Notes under the pieces: model-generated
What the model was told of the DNA's origin: nothing
The model's database searches: none
Seen by the model: only the letters and a program-made list of their open reading frames with translations
Assembly (NCBI GenBank): GCA_028534125.1
Contig: CM052818.1
Location: 27,034,001 to 27,098,000 of the forward strand
DNA length: 64,000 nt
Direction: 5' to 3'
DNA from: Lama glama
Lineage: Eukaryota
Shown here: positions 26,601-38,947 of the stretch, one piece after another
Layout of the letters: the number at the start of each line of letters is the position of its first letter
How positions within the stretch are numbered: position 1 is the first letter of the stretch
Program-made: the position numbers and the translations under genes

Positions 26601-28029
26601 TGCATTTAGGTCAGAGAAGCTGGAAAGATCCCCTGGAGTTTCCACACTGCCACTGTCCCCTGATTCAATGAGAGTATTCTCTTAGGAGAAAACCAAATTA
26701 CACGACTGCTTTGCCATTTAGAAAACTTCGTCTGCTCATTTATTTTGCTTGGTGCGTATCTTAGACAGTCATTACCACAGGGGGTTGTAACCTTCAACTT
26801 GTCCCTTTTCCCTCTTTGGCTTTAAAATGCCACACAGTCCCCCTGCTGAGGTTGGAAAGAAACTCCCTTTCACGGTGATTTCAAGGAGAACTTGGAGAGT
26901 ATTAAGATAATTGAAAAAAAAAGTTGATATCATAGTATCAGGATTCAACTTTACAGATGCCCTGGGGATGTCAGACCAACAATTAGATTGATTTTGGACC
27001 TTGCTTTGGTGTTTGCACAGTTTCCATGGCTTCCAGAGCCTCACACTTTCTGTGCCCTGGGCAGCCCTGTAAAGGCTCTTTGTTGAGAACCTCAGATTCC
27101 AATTTGCTGTTAACCTGAATACACCCTGCTCACCTCAACCAAGTACGAAACTAGAGGAGGCACAGAAAGGGGCTATTCAGCTGGAATTGTGTTTTTTATA
27201 CGAAAGTCTCAGCTGCCAAGCCAAGTATAGTATTTGCTTACTTGGGCAGCTTACTGCCTGCAGGCCCCGTTTGTGTAAGAGGGACCCTGGCAGGGATAAA
27301 GTTAAGCTCAGTATTTTTCAATTAGGGGACATTGAAAAAAAAGAAGAAGAAGAAGAAAAGAAAAAAAGCAAAGCCTGCATTGAAATTGTGGTCTTTCAAC
27401 CTTGTTTCCCATGTCGATGGTTACCTAAATAGTACGTTTCTCCTCAATTAGGCCTTCAACTAAAAGCAGAGGTGGAGCCCGGAGGCAGCACTTCTGATGG
27501 TCTGAATGATTTTCACCGGCTAACGGCCTGTAAACAAGTAATATCTCATAGCCGTGGAGGCCAAGAGAAGTGAAAGGGAGCCTTAGACAGTCGTTGGTTT
27601 TCTTGGGGAAAGCTTCTAAGCAAAACAGAGGGAGACTGCAGAGCTGGAAGACAGCTATTCAGCCTGCATTTGATTTTCCAAACTTGGGAACTTGTGGACA
27701 TGAATTTGCTGGCATTCAGGAAGACTTGATGCTTTAAGGAAACTCAAAAGGTTATTAATGGCAAGGTGATCAGACAGAACGATGGGGGTGCCCATCCCCA
27801 AGCATCCACATCAGCTGGGTTTGCCAGTGGCCCTGCTAAAGGAGGCTGCATCATGAGGTCAACCGTTAATGGCTGGGAAGTTTCACTCTGTTCCGTCTCT
27901 GGCGGTTGTTCAACAGTTTTCCAGAGGAAGGTCACTCTGGAGGAGAGGAGAATGAGAGGGCTACCCGGTTCTCCTGTCCTCTCTTGTCCCTCCTCTCCTT
28001 TCTGAGGCTCTGCTGTCTTCCTGACCTTG

Positions 28030-28124
28030 GAGCTCATAAGTTCCTTGAGTTCCCTTCCAAAGATCTGCTTGAGCTACTGAGTTGAGTTTCTGTCACTTGC
28101 AACTGAGAGAACTTGAACCAACAC
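28030..28124. mobile_element. MLT1 LTR end (may extend to about 27650)
   Basis: gagttgagtttctgtcacttgcaactgagaga...aacaca. Confidence 0.6.
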
Positions 28125-28247
28125 AGCCTTCCCTGGCCTGGCCCCTGCCTCTCTCTCCAGCTTCTTTTCCTGACACCCCTGCCTCAGCCTCAAGTTTCAT
28201 GCTGTCACTCTCTCTGTGTGTCACACTGTTCCAAGCCTCATTCCCTC

Positions 28248-28352
28248 TCTAGCTCCTTGAGCAAGGACCAGGTCTTATTTGTCTTTGGACCCCAGCACCT
28301 GTCACAATGTCTGACACATAGTAGGTGCTTAAAACATGCTTGTTGAATGAAA
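28248..28352 (+). mobile_element. L2 3' end
   Basis: agctccttgagcaaggaccaggtc...tctgacacatagtaggtgcttaaaacatgcttgttgaatgaa. Confidence 0.8.
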
Positions 28353-29149
28353 CTCAAGAAGGGGAACAGAAAATGGGATTTTCATTTCTGCAGGAAAAAG
28401 GGAGTGGAAGTTGAGGACCAGAGTTTCCCTGGGGGTTACTACCAGAAGAGGATTCCAGCCCTTGAAAAACAGTGGTTGTCACATACATAGTGAACCTCCA
28501 AAGGCCATTCGGAAGAGTGGTGCAGTCTTGCATGGAGTCAGATTCTCTCTCTTCCTCGCCATCAAATCCTGTTTCTCTCTTCCTGAAATACCTCTGCATC
28601 CCATTCCACCAGTGCCATTGCATTAGGGGTTGGCACTGTCAGGGGACTTAGATTCAGAGTTCTCATTCCCTGAATTCCATGTCCTTGATGATGTGTGTGG
28701 ATTGCATTCCCCTAATGAGAAGGGACTAAGGAGGTCACTGGAAGACAGGTAGGTCAGGATTCTGCATCCAGAGAGCCTAACTCTATCTGAGCAAATCAGG
28801 GAAGGCTCCAAAGAGGAGGTGGCATTTGGACTGAGACTTGAAGGATGATTAGGAGTTTAACAAGAGGAGGGGGAGCCCAGTGTGTTCAGGGAGCTTCAGG
28901 GACTGTGGACTGTAGATTAGAAATCACCCATCTTAAGTGAAGGGAGGGTGGTTGTCCAGAGAAGCAGGAGTAGTGATGAGGGAAGTGCAGTTTACATTGG
29001 ATGTTTGACTCCTACCTTTGTACATTTAATAGACGCTGAGCACACAGTTGGCAGAATTATATATAAAATACATATATTTTAAATTGTCAAGCTTACCAGA
29101 GATTCCTCTATGCAGCCACTCCGGTTATTTCGTGTGCCACCATCATAAG

Positions 29150-29375
29150 AAGCAAAGTGGTTAAGTATTTAGATCCTGGAGTCAGATTGCCCAGTTTAAT
29201 TCCCAGATCTGCCTCTTCCAGCCCTATCTCTTTCGTTACTCAACGTCTTCATACCTAGGTTGTGTGATCTGTAAAGTAAGAATAATAATAGTACCTCTTT
29301 CAGCAAATCATAGGGATAAGTGAGTTAATACATGTGAACAGTGCCCAGCATGCAGCACCCACTCACTAATTGTCA
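29150..29375 (+). mobile_element. MIR SINE
   Basis: gtggttaag...ctggagtcagattgcc...atctgtaaagtaagaataataatagtacct...cagtgcccagca. Confidence 0.8.
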
Positions 29376-30970
29376 GGCACTTCATGATTTTTTTTTTCTC
29401 ATGAGGTTGTTTGCAGTTGCCATCCATGTACTTTGTGCATAATCCCGTGATATTAATTATATGATTTTAATTATTCATTTGTGTGTGATTTCTCACTGGA
29501 CTGTGAATTCCTCAAAGCCATTAGTTGAATAAATATCTCTTTTCAAAGTAATTGAATTCATGCATTCAAGCATATTTCCTACTTATCTATTGGGAACCTT
29601 AGAGGAGAACTTTTCTTAGGATTGTGACTGGAAAATAACTTTATTATTTGGAAACTCCTCTTTGAGGCTGGAAAAGCCTTGGTCACAGAAGCATCCTCTT
29701 CTTTGCAAAACCATGCTGGCCCCCTGAGACTGCCGGAGAACTTGCTTCTTGGAGATTTTGTCCTGTTCAGAGGGTTGAAAGAGCCCAGAGAAATAAGAAA
29801 TACCTGAAGCCTGTCAGTTTGGCTGAAAATTTTTTAGCAGAGCCTTGTTGCAAAACTTATAGTCAAGAAACCTCTTTCACAGGGGTCTAACTCCCAAGAG
29901 GTGGGACAGTTAAGTTGAATGGAGTATAGACATCACAGGTACCCAGAGAACCTGGCCTGACGCTCCTTGTCTACTTGTTTGGGTTGACTTGGAGCAGAAA
30001 GGGCACAGAAGGGATTTTCTGCTGAGACCACAGAATGAAAGATTTGCCTTAGGAGATTGGCTGGAAGTCGGCAGGACCCAGAGAGCTGTGCAAAGGCTGG
30101 ACCAGAGCCCCTGAGTGTACAAAAGCAGGAGTGTGTTTGTGGAATGGGGGCGAGGATGGGTTTCTGACCTCCCCCCACAAGAAGGCAGTCAAATGAGTAA
30201 GAAGATGGGAAAATAGTACATCTAAATTCTAGTTCTATCCCTTCGCAGCTGCACAGTCTTCTTCTGGCCTGGGTTTCCTTTTTGTCATTGGAGGGTTTGA
30301 GGTAGATTGTCTCTCAGGTTCTGTCTCTGGTGTTAAAGATTTCAGTGGTGGTCCAGCCGTGTTGGACACAGTGTAGGTTGAGCAATGTGGCATTTATATG
30401 CAAGCCTCCCAGGGGACCCATCACCACCAGGACCCTAGCCTCCACCCTGTTCTGTGCAAACCCTGCCCCAGCCCCATCCCAGCCTTCCCACTCCTCTCGG
30501 CTGCCCGTGAGCCCCCAGAGGTCTCAACCCCTTCCCGCCCCCACTTGCCAGAAGCCCAGTTGTCTTCTTCAACCCGCTTGAGTGGAGGCTGCTTGTGCCT
30601 TTTCACTCCGTGTGTTTCAGGAATTGGGATAGATCTGCTCCCAGCTCCCCTGAAGATATTGCCTCGGCCTTCCAGCCCTGTCACTGCTGTCCTCTTCCAA
30701 CCTCCCTGTCACCTTCTCTCATCCACTGAGTATGCATGAGCTTGGCTCACTGCTTCTTTCTCCATCCCGACTCCTGTCACACTGCCTCTGGTGACCTGAA
30801 CATCACACGGACAGTTCTGATGAGACCGTAGCCTCTGAGGGCCTCGGCCACCTCACTTGTGATGGTCCTTTCCTCCACACAGCACACACTCAAATATGTG
30901 TTGACAGCATGTCGACAATGGGCACGTTTGAAGAGGTTTCATTTATCTTCAAAATTACAATATCTGTAAC

Positions 30971-32021
30971 TAGGGTGACCATATAATTTATTTTCCAAAC
31001 TGGGACAATCTTGTGAATGAAAGAGAACACCCAAAATAATTAAAGTTATATTATTCTTGGAAGTATTTACTTATTGATGACAAGTTGGCTTTTATATTAA
31101 GGTCCCTATAAAATAATTCTATTCCAAAACTATTTTCCAAAATAAAATTTTTCTTCAGAAAGTTAACTCATATGCATACATTGAAGTAACATTGAAAAAA
31201 ACTCCCTTATGTCAATTATCTGCACATTCAAAATCATAGGCAAAATGATTGTTCCTAGTACTTAAGCTCCTTAATTAGTTTCTTAGCTAATCTGTCATTA
31301 ATGTGTCACTGGTATTTTTATGAAGAATCTCCTTTTTGAAGCTAATTTTTGTACTTTGAAGCTAAAAAATAATTTGGGGGGGGAGGGGTAATTAGGTTTA
31401 TTCATCTATTTATTTAATGGAGGTCCTGGGTTCAAGCCCCAGGACCTTGTGCATGCTAGGCATGCACTCTTACCACTGAGCTATACCCTCCCCCACTGTA
31501 TTTTGAAGTTTTTGAACAAATCCGTTTGCAACTGCTTTCAAAGTAAAATGTATAATTAATAAATTTGAAATTGCTGACACCTTTCTCTATAGACCACAAG
31601 ATTTTTAACCGGCGATAATGCCTCAGGTATTGAGAGATTTGGTAAGCTCTCTGCAAATTCTGCTAAACGGATGATATTTTCAATTCAAAATTTCTATGTA
31701 AATATTTTGTCCCAAGTATTGACACAGGTACTATCTTTTGGCCTCCGTTTAGAGTATCATTCTCCAACATACATTTTTACAGAACATAACTTGTCAAGAA
31801 AGTCATCTCTATTTAGGATTCTTCTGAATGTTTCCCTATGCGTATGTAGTTTCATGTCCTAATAGATGAAGTAAAAACTGGGGTCCAGTCAAACCCAGTC
31901 TGGCTTATTTTAATGCAACTATTAATAATGATATCTATTTAACAAATGAAAACTCCAAGACAAATGCTAAACTAAATGGGACCCAGAACAACAGGCATAA
32001 ACAGCTCTACTGGTGACCCCT
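30971..32021. mobile_element. hAT-Blackjack DNA transposon relic (MER81-like ends, transposase remnant on - strand)
   Basis: Terminal inverted repeats tagggtgacca...tggtgacccc; broken minus-strand peptide IENIIRLAEFAESLP...LKILWSIEK resembles the hAT C-terminal dimerisation domain. Confidence 0.75.
31374..31494 (-). mobile_element. Camelid Vic-1-like tRNA-derived SINE inside the Blackjack element
   Basis: Reverse complement reads ggggagggtatagctcagtggta(a)gagtgcatgcctagcatgcacaaggtcctggg...ccattaaataaata...aacctaattacccctccc. Confidence 0.85.
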
Positions 32022-32594
32022 TGTAGGTCTGTCAGTAGTCCTGGCAGCTCATCAGTACCACCAGAGGGCTCTCCAAACCCGCTGGCCTTCAGGCTCCATT
32101 CCCAGAGACACAGCTTCCACCGGTATTGGGATGGGACTCTGATGTGCAGCTCGAGAGCGTCCGCACCGCTTTCAACGCCAGCTCAGCGTGGTCCTCCAGG
32201 GCCGTTCCCCGACTGCTCTAGATGTCACAGAAACATAGTGATTGGGATAACAGAGACAAGGGAGGTGAATCGGGAGCAGCCGTGCTGTGGCAACATTTTC
32301 TCTGCACCCCCGTGGGTGTGTGGTCACCTTGGGCCAGGAGAGGGTGCACATGCTCTAGGACATGAGAGGAGCAGAGAGGGTGGCCCTGCCACGAAGCCTG
32401 TGAACACTACTCGTGACACGGTCAGAGGGATTGCATGAAAGCTTTTCAGACATTTAATTAAGCAACTCCTATATTGTCATGACAAAACTGAAACTTGTGG
32501 AGAGTTACAGAATTCTAATGGGAAATTAAAATGTTAAAAACCTCGCAAAAGCGCTAGTTAAGCCTGTTGTAAGTGCCATGTTCTGTTCTCAACA

Positions 32595-32600
32595 TTTATT
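32595..32600 (-). terminator. Candidate VIT poly(A) signal (second candidate ATTAAA at 32453-32458)
   Basis: tttatt on + is AATAAA on -, about 260 nt past the VIT stop. Confidence 0.6.
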
Positions 32601-32857
32601 TTGAAGACAGTTCTCCAAATGTAAAATCCCCAGCACTCCCAAAACGACCTATCATTTTGGCTCATTCTACAAATTTACAATCAATTTCTAACTCCAAGGT
32701 TTGAAGTATGAAAACCCACACTGGCAAAGAGTAATAACAACGCGTCATTTCCAAGCCCTGCGTGCCTTGCTGCCCCACGTGTGTCCCCTGCGGCGTTGGG
32801 GGTTGTGCCTGAGCCGGTTGGGAAAGAGCGTTTGCTGGTGCTTTGCCTGCTCTGAAT

Positions 32858-33036
32858 TCAGTTCCGAGGCTGTGAGTTGAACTCTGTACAAATGTTCTGG
32901 ATGACCTGGGGGACCAATTTGTAGAGGTAGTCAAACTCGTCCACAAAGAAGGCATGGTCTCTGGCAGGGTGAGTGGCAATGACTTCCAGCTCGTCCTGTG
33001 CAGCCCAGGCCACGCCTATTGCATAGGTGATCACTC
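32858..33036 (-). CDS. VIT: Vitrin terminal coding exon (end of vWA2)
   Basis: Acceptor ttctgtccccacag; encodes (G)VITYAIGVAWAAQDELEVIATHPARDHAFFVDEFDYLYKLVPQVIQNICTEFNSQPRN*. Confidence 0.96.
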
Positions 33037-35029
33037 CTGTGGGGACAGAAGGTAGATGAAGCAAATGTCACCAAAGAAAAGCACTGAGATGAATCCTTGC
33101 CTTCCTGCCACTCTCTTGGCTATTGTGCTTGAACACAACCAAATCTGAAATCAGGACTGTGCCCAAAGCATGAACATCTGCTGTATGCCAGCAGCAGTAA
33201 AATTGATGAGTTGCTGTCTCATAGGAGTTTACAGTCTTTTGGAGAAAAGAAAAACAGAAAAATGGAGTAAATACACGATAGGCATTTCATGTCCAGGAGC
33301 AGCAAGGGGATGACATTTTGGGACAAGTGAAACTTGGATGCGGCGCAGATTGCACCGCATGGTACACGCCTGCTCTGTGTGTAGAGTCACACAGAATTCA
33401 GTCTTAGATGCATCGAAAGCCAGTTCAAGGTCTTTTAAATGAAAATGAAACTGTGGGGTGTCAAATCCATTTCACCTTCCTTCACTAATCAAGGTCATTT
33501 TAAGACTTGCATATCCTCCAGGTAGCACATAGCCTGAACAATAAGATGTTCGCCCGAGTTGTTCTCCAGAAACTTGGAGTCAGCTGCCAGCTGAGCTGAG
33601 CATCAGGTGTGTCTCGTTCAGCTGAGCTGGTTACGACAGGATAGGCCCACTGACCTCCAACTGGGCATGCGCGGGTGCCCACTTGGTGACCTTTAAACGT
33701 GGAGGCCTGTAGCTTAGTTACGCCTGCGCAGAGTGAAGACGAGCACACCTTTTTCTAATCAAGCCCCTCACGCTCCCCAGACTCCCCACGCCTCAGACCG
33801 CCCTGAGACCCTCTGGGGGAGGTCCCAAAGAGGGACGTCTAGAAAATAGGTGAGTGGAGCTGAACGTGAGCTGGGGACAGACGTTTGGAGAAAGCAGGGG
33901 AGCCCAGGGCTTGTCGTCAAGAGCTGGTCCACCGGGCTCCCCCCACTACTCTGGAACTTTGGGCGGATTGCTTCTGAGCCTGAAACCGTCTTCCCTCTGC
34001 TGATACGAGCCCAAGGGGCCTGCTGGCTGCTGGCGCACGGGCCACCTGCCGTCCCACCACGGTAAGTGCTCCCCCAGGCTCTGCCCAGTAAGTCGCTAGA
34101 AAGACTGTCTGAACCTAGTGTCTGGTTACTTCGGTTTCTAGAAGCCAGGACTGCTGGTTCCTAAAGGCTTGTTTATTTTTATACCTCTCTTTGTTTTGGA
34201 AAGGATTAAAAGCAGCTTTAAGGAATAAGGAAAATTCTGCAAACGAACCCAAATTAAATGTAGGTAGAGAAGAAGAAACTCCCCCCACAACGGGTGAGCC
34301 TTGTTCTCTGGTCCTTATCTGCATGTTTTCGGTGCTCGCTGACCACTCAGTTTACTTTTATTATCATTACCATCATTACTGTCTCTTGGGGTTTTCTCAG
34401 GTGGTTTGTGTTTTCCTGGTATTTGATGGTACTTCAAAACAGTGATTATACACAGATTCTGTGAAAAAAGCCTCAAATAGGACTGTGTTTCAAAACATTT
34501 ACAAAAATATTTTGCTTATTTTTCATGGTTTTAAACTTTCTGCCGCCCTCTTCCAAGTTTTCATATGGGAATGTTTCTTTAAATATTTTAAATGAAAGTT
34601 CTTTGAGGTCTCCCCCAGACCTCTGATATCTGGTTCGCAGTTGCTTACAAGAATAGTACTTTTCTTTTCAAACATCTGTTTTCCTCAAGTTTCTTAACCC
34701 AGTTTGGTGGTCTTCAATGGAGAGTAAAATGATACGTCAAATTCCTTTTTAATGTACCAACCCTTCATGTGCAGTGCCTCAGAGTGTGGGATGTAAAGAA
34801 GTTAACTCTCCCCGTCACCTGCAGGCCTTGGGCTCGCCGGGACATGGTGGGAACCTCTGTGATGCTCCCTGTGTGACCCTTCTTCTCTGCCCAGTGGGGC
34901 CTGCTCTGCCTATGGTTTGAACACTATTAGGTGGTCGACAAAACCAGTGTATAAAGAGACAGTCCCATCCTTGTCCCGCTGGCCCAACCAGGCCCAAGGG
35001 ATGCTCGGCAGCTGGACCATCTCACTTAC

Positions 35030-35543
35030 CCTTGTGATGGGCAACTGTGGACGGTATCCTGACGTCATCGTAGGACCTCCCGTCAGTGATGAGGATCATC
35101 AGCTTCCTCTTGTTGGGCTTGGACTTCTTGAAGAGCTGTTCCAGGGCATAGTTTATGGCGGCCCCTGTGCTGGTGCCACCGCTCCAGTACCCCACCTTCT
35201 TGATGGCATTGAGGACGTCAGCCTTGCTGCTGTGCTCCTCAAACCCAAACTCTAGCCGCTGCTCGTAGGTGTACTGCATGGCCCCGATCCGCGTGTCCGT
35301 GTCTGAAATCTCAAACTCTTTGCTGAGGTTGGCCACGAACTGGAGGACTGTTCGGAAGTTGCTTGTCCCAACGCTGCTGGAGCCGTCGATGACGAAGCCA
35401 ATGTCGGCTGAGTTTAAGCAGGTCTTGCTGCAGGCCAGTCGGTCCACGTCACAGACCCGCTTCACCAGGTGCTGCACGGTCTTGTGGAGGCCGAACCAGT
35501 TCTGCACATTGAGCGAGTAGAAGCCATTGGTTCTGCACACAGC
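35030..35543 (-). CDS. VIT: Vitrin exon, 514 nt (end of vWA1 and most of vWA2), phase 0-1
   Basis: Acceptor gtgtcttccag and donor gtaagt; AVCRTNGFYS...ADIGFVIDGSSSVGTSNF...LMILITDGRSYDDVRIP...HHK with an intact MIDAS DxSxS. Confidence 0.97.
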
Positions 35544-36779
35544 CTGGAAGACACAGGGGAGGGACACCTGCCCGGTCAGGGTCACATCCTCCAGTCTGTC
35601 ACCATCACTCTCGACCCCCAGGGCAGAGGAATGACCAGCAGACTCGTTTTCTGGGCCTGGCCTCCAAACGCTCTCTCTCCATCTTGGTTCACCCATCCAG
35701 GCACTCGCCAAAGCAGAGTGCCCTCAAGTTATCTCTGAACTCACTCCCACTGCCTCAGCTGGGTCTCTGCTTTCATGGAGAGCCATCAGTTAGGCAGGTC
35801 CATAGGGAGAGGTGAGTCACTGATTTCAGCTTTATATTTATGCCTCTCCAGGCCCCTCAGTACGTGTACTGGCAGCCCTATGAGGTTGGCACTGGTGGGC
35901 ACCAGCCCACAAGAGGATTAAAGAGAGCTTTGTTCCGATTGAGAAGACAAAAGGCACACACGACAAACAGCTAAAGACATGTTTCCAGAGCAGCCCTGCA
36001 CCCAGCAAAAAGGGGTTCCACACATGTTAGGCACCACGCTAGATGTTCTTGGAGAAATTATCTCATTAAACCCCTACCTTAGCCCTACAAAGTAGAATTA
36101 GAACCCCCTTGTCATGAAGGAACAAACAGGGCCAGCTGTGAAGTGACATCCTTGAGTCCCTGAGCCTGGAACACAAACCTATTCTGTCTGCAAAACCCAG
36201 GTTCTGTCCCCTGGACAACCCTGCTTCCAGGCAAGTGAATATTTGTTTACTTGTGCCCAAGCTTGTTCCAGAAAAAACTTTTGGCATCTGCAAATCAACA
36301 TTGAGCAACCTGGTTGATGTGCTCCTGGAAGTGACTGTTTCCTCCCCACCACTGCCCCTCTAGGGGTCACAGAGAGAGCCACAGACCTGATGGCTACAGA
36401 TGAAGTAGAATTTAAAATTATTTTAAAACAAGAAATGACTTTAAAATGTTCTAGGCAATATTTTTTAATTGTTTTGTAAAAACCTAAGTAGGATTCACAA
36501 AACTTTCCATGGACTGGGGGGCACATGAGATGAGATGAAGGCTGAGACGAATTCCAGCCAACGGATGGAGAGGAGGGATTCCCACGAGGTGGCCCGAGGG
36601 AGTTGTGGCGAGGGAGAGAGATGGTGCTGGGTGGACGGAAGACCAGGAGGCTGGAGCACAGGGTGTGGGTAGCGGTCACAGTAGATGGTCTAGGTGGTGG
36701 GCGGGGACCACATGCCACATGGCCTCAGGAGAAATAGGGAATAATGAAGAATTTGGAGCAGGGACCCCACGGGACTGGA

Positions 36780-37400
36780 AGAACTCTTCATAAACATGAG
36801 TTGAGCTAAACTGGGGAGACCCAGGAGGGAGAAAGAATAGATGTAAAGAACTAGCTTGAACTGGGGAGGTGGCATTGGACGTGGAAAAGAGTAGACAGAT
36901 ATGAGACGTGATGTGGGAGCTGCCCAGGTGTCCTGGGATGATGCTGGTGACTGGGAGATGTATGGGGTCAGAGGAGGAATGGATGCAGGCTGGAAAGATG
37001 TTGCACTTGGCTTTTTATATGTAAGATTTAAGGCTCTTCAGGACTTCAGGTGGAGAGCAGCCAATCAGCTGGAAATAGATGGCTAATGAGCTCTAGAGGG
37101 ACCAGGGAGGGAGACATGAGGGTGTGGCTGCTTGTGAGCGAAGGAAGGATGAAGCTGTGGCCTTGCGAGAGACTCTGGAGAGAGAAAACCTAGTGAGAGC
37201 AGAGGAGAGGGCCCAGATCTGAGTCCTGAGGAAGTCCATGTTGAGGATATAAGACGGAGAAGAGGAGAGAGTAAGTGTAGTAAGAGCCACACCGTGTCGT
37301 GGAGGTGAGGGAGGTGAGGGAGATGAGGATGTCAAGGACGATGAAGTGCAGGGTAGTGCAGGAGGCTGAGCCCCACTGGATCCTGAGACACAGAACCTCA
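36780..37400 (-). mobile_element. L2 fragment(s)
   Basis: Purine-rich tgcccaggtgtcctgg...ttcaggtggagagcagccaatcagctggaaataga...gagggcccagatctgagtcctgagg pattern. Confidence 0.6.
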
Positions 37401-38050
37401 GAGCTGCAAGGGCATCACAGACAAGCCAGAAAGAGGCAGCCCCCTGCCCCTGCCCCTCCCTCCTAACTACCTTCTTTCCTTTTTAAACCTGGGGTCCTGT
37501 CTGTGGAGGAGGGTTTATGTGGGGTTCTACTATGCAAAATATACAAAAAATGAGCTGTTTGGGGGCAGTGGGTATGAGGGCCTAGCTCCCCATCAGTTCT
37601 GCCCCCAGCTCCTGCCAGGCATCCCCGCAGAACCCAGGGGCAGCCTAATCTCCCTGACCTGGTTTAGTACCTTTGTTTTTGTTGTTTATCAGATCAGTTA
37701 ATTTGCAGTGTGTGTGTGCCAGTGTGCCAGCTCGTGTGAAGGCCTGCTGGGCTGCACAGTCGAGGTCCCCTGGGGCTGTGGGAGGAGCCCCGGGGAGCCT
37801 CTGTGTGAGACCCTGGGGACCCTCCTCCTCCTGCTGGCCTCAGTTCACCAGGTGCTTGGGTGGGGAGGGGAGGGTTGCTTTGAGAAGGTAATTCCGGGAT
37901 CCAGACCTACTAGTCTCACTGGAGGCACCTCCTACCATGAAATGAGCTTAAAACCTCTTTGAAGGAAGAAGAAACACCCCGGATGGCTGTTACAGCTTTG
38001 CAAAGTGTGGGGAAACCTTACGTTGGGTGGGTCTCCAGGCTCTCACATAC

Positions 38051-38277
38051 CTTGTTTGCAAAGTTGGGCTCCAGCACGTACTGCTTCTCATTTTCAGTGG
38101 CACCTTCAATGGTGATGAAGAAAATGTTGATTCCTGACTCTCTCGCGAACCTTGAAGCCTCTTCCACCTTGTCCGTGGGCCAGCCGTCCACCATCACCAC
38201 AGCCACATTGGGAGCACCGCCTCTGTTTCCATTAGATTTGGAAAAGAAGTTCTTGGTCACAAAGGAGATGGCCCGGC
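38051..38277 (-). CDS. VIT: Vitrin exon, 227 nt (vWA1), phase 1-0
   Basis: Acceptor tttttcttccag and donor gtatgt; (G)RAISFVTKNFFSKSNGNRGGAPNVAVVMVDGWPTDKVEEASRFARESGINIFFITIEG...NFANK. Confidence 0.97.
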
Positions 38278-38539
38278 CTGGAAGAAAAACAAAACTCATG
38301 CTTGGAGTGCTCACAGAACAGATCACAGCAGCATAAAGAGGTCCAGAAAAACAGTCATTCCCTCCCTTTATTGGCTTGTTGTCTTTTTAAATCAGATTAA
38401 CTGGTTGTAGGTGTGCTGTTCAGTGGTATTAGGTATATTCACAATATTGTGGAACCATCACGCCTAGTCACTTCCCTCCCCAGTTTCATCTTAAGCCTTT
38501 AACTTCTAATTCTCTCTTGTTTTTTTCTTTAAAAGAAGT

Positions 38540-38947
38540 TCTATGCTGTTTGCAGCAACATAGATAGACCTAGAGAATTGCCTACTAAGTGAAGTAAGTC
38601 AGATAGAAGACAGATATTATATGATATATGTAGAAGCTAGAAAAATATACAAATGAATTTATATACAAAATAAACAGACTCACACATATAGGAAACAAAC
38701 TTACAGTTACCTAAGGGGAAAGGGGGGTGGGGGAGGAAAAAATTAGGAGTTTGGGATTAACAGATATGAACTACTATACGTAAATAAATAAGCAACAAAG
38801 ATTTACTACATAGCACTGGGAATTATAATCATTATCTTGTAATAATCTATAGTGGAAAATATGTATAACTGAATCATGTTGCTGTACACCTGAAACTAAC
38901 ACAATATTGTAAATCAACTATACTTCAATTAAAAAAAAACAAAAAAA
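38540..38947 (+). mobile_element. L1 3' end with poly(A)
   Basis: tttgcagcaacatagatagacctagag...ctaagtgaagtaagtcag...tgtacacctgaaactaacacaatattgtaaatcaactatacttcaattaaaaaaaa. Confidence 0.9.

Noticed and set aside
25080..27286. Resemblance of the candidate peptide to RGS-domain (LL.HK.GL.AFR) or SBSPON-like Cys motifs
   Set aside because: The matches are very short and need frameshifts or an incompatible exon structure
27425..27459. 35-nt minus-strand exon candidate upstream of the intergenic chain
   Set aside because: Stops in all three frames, so it could only be non-coding
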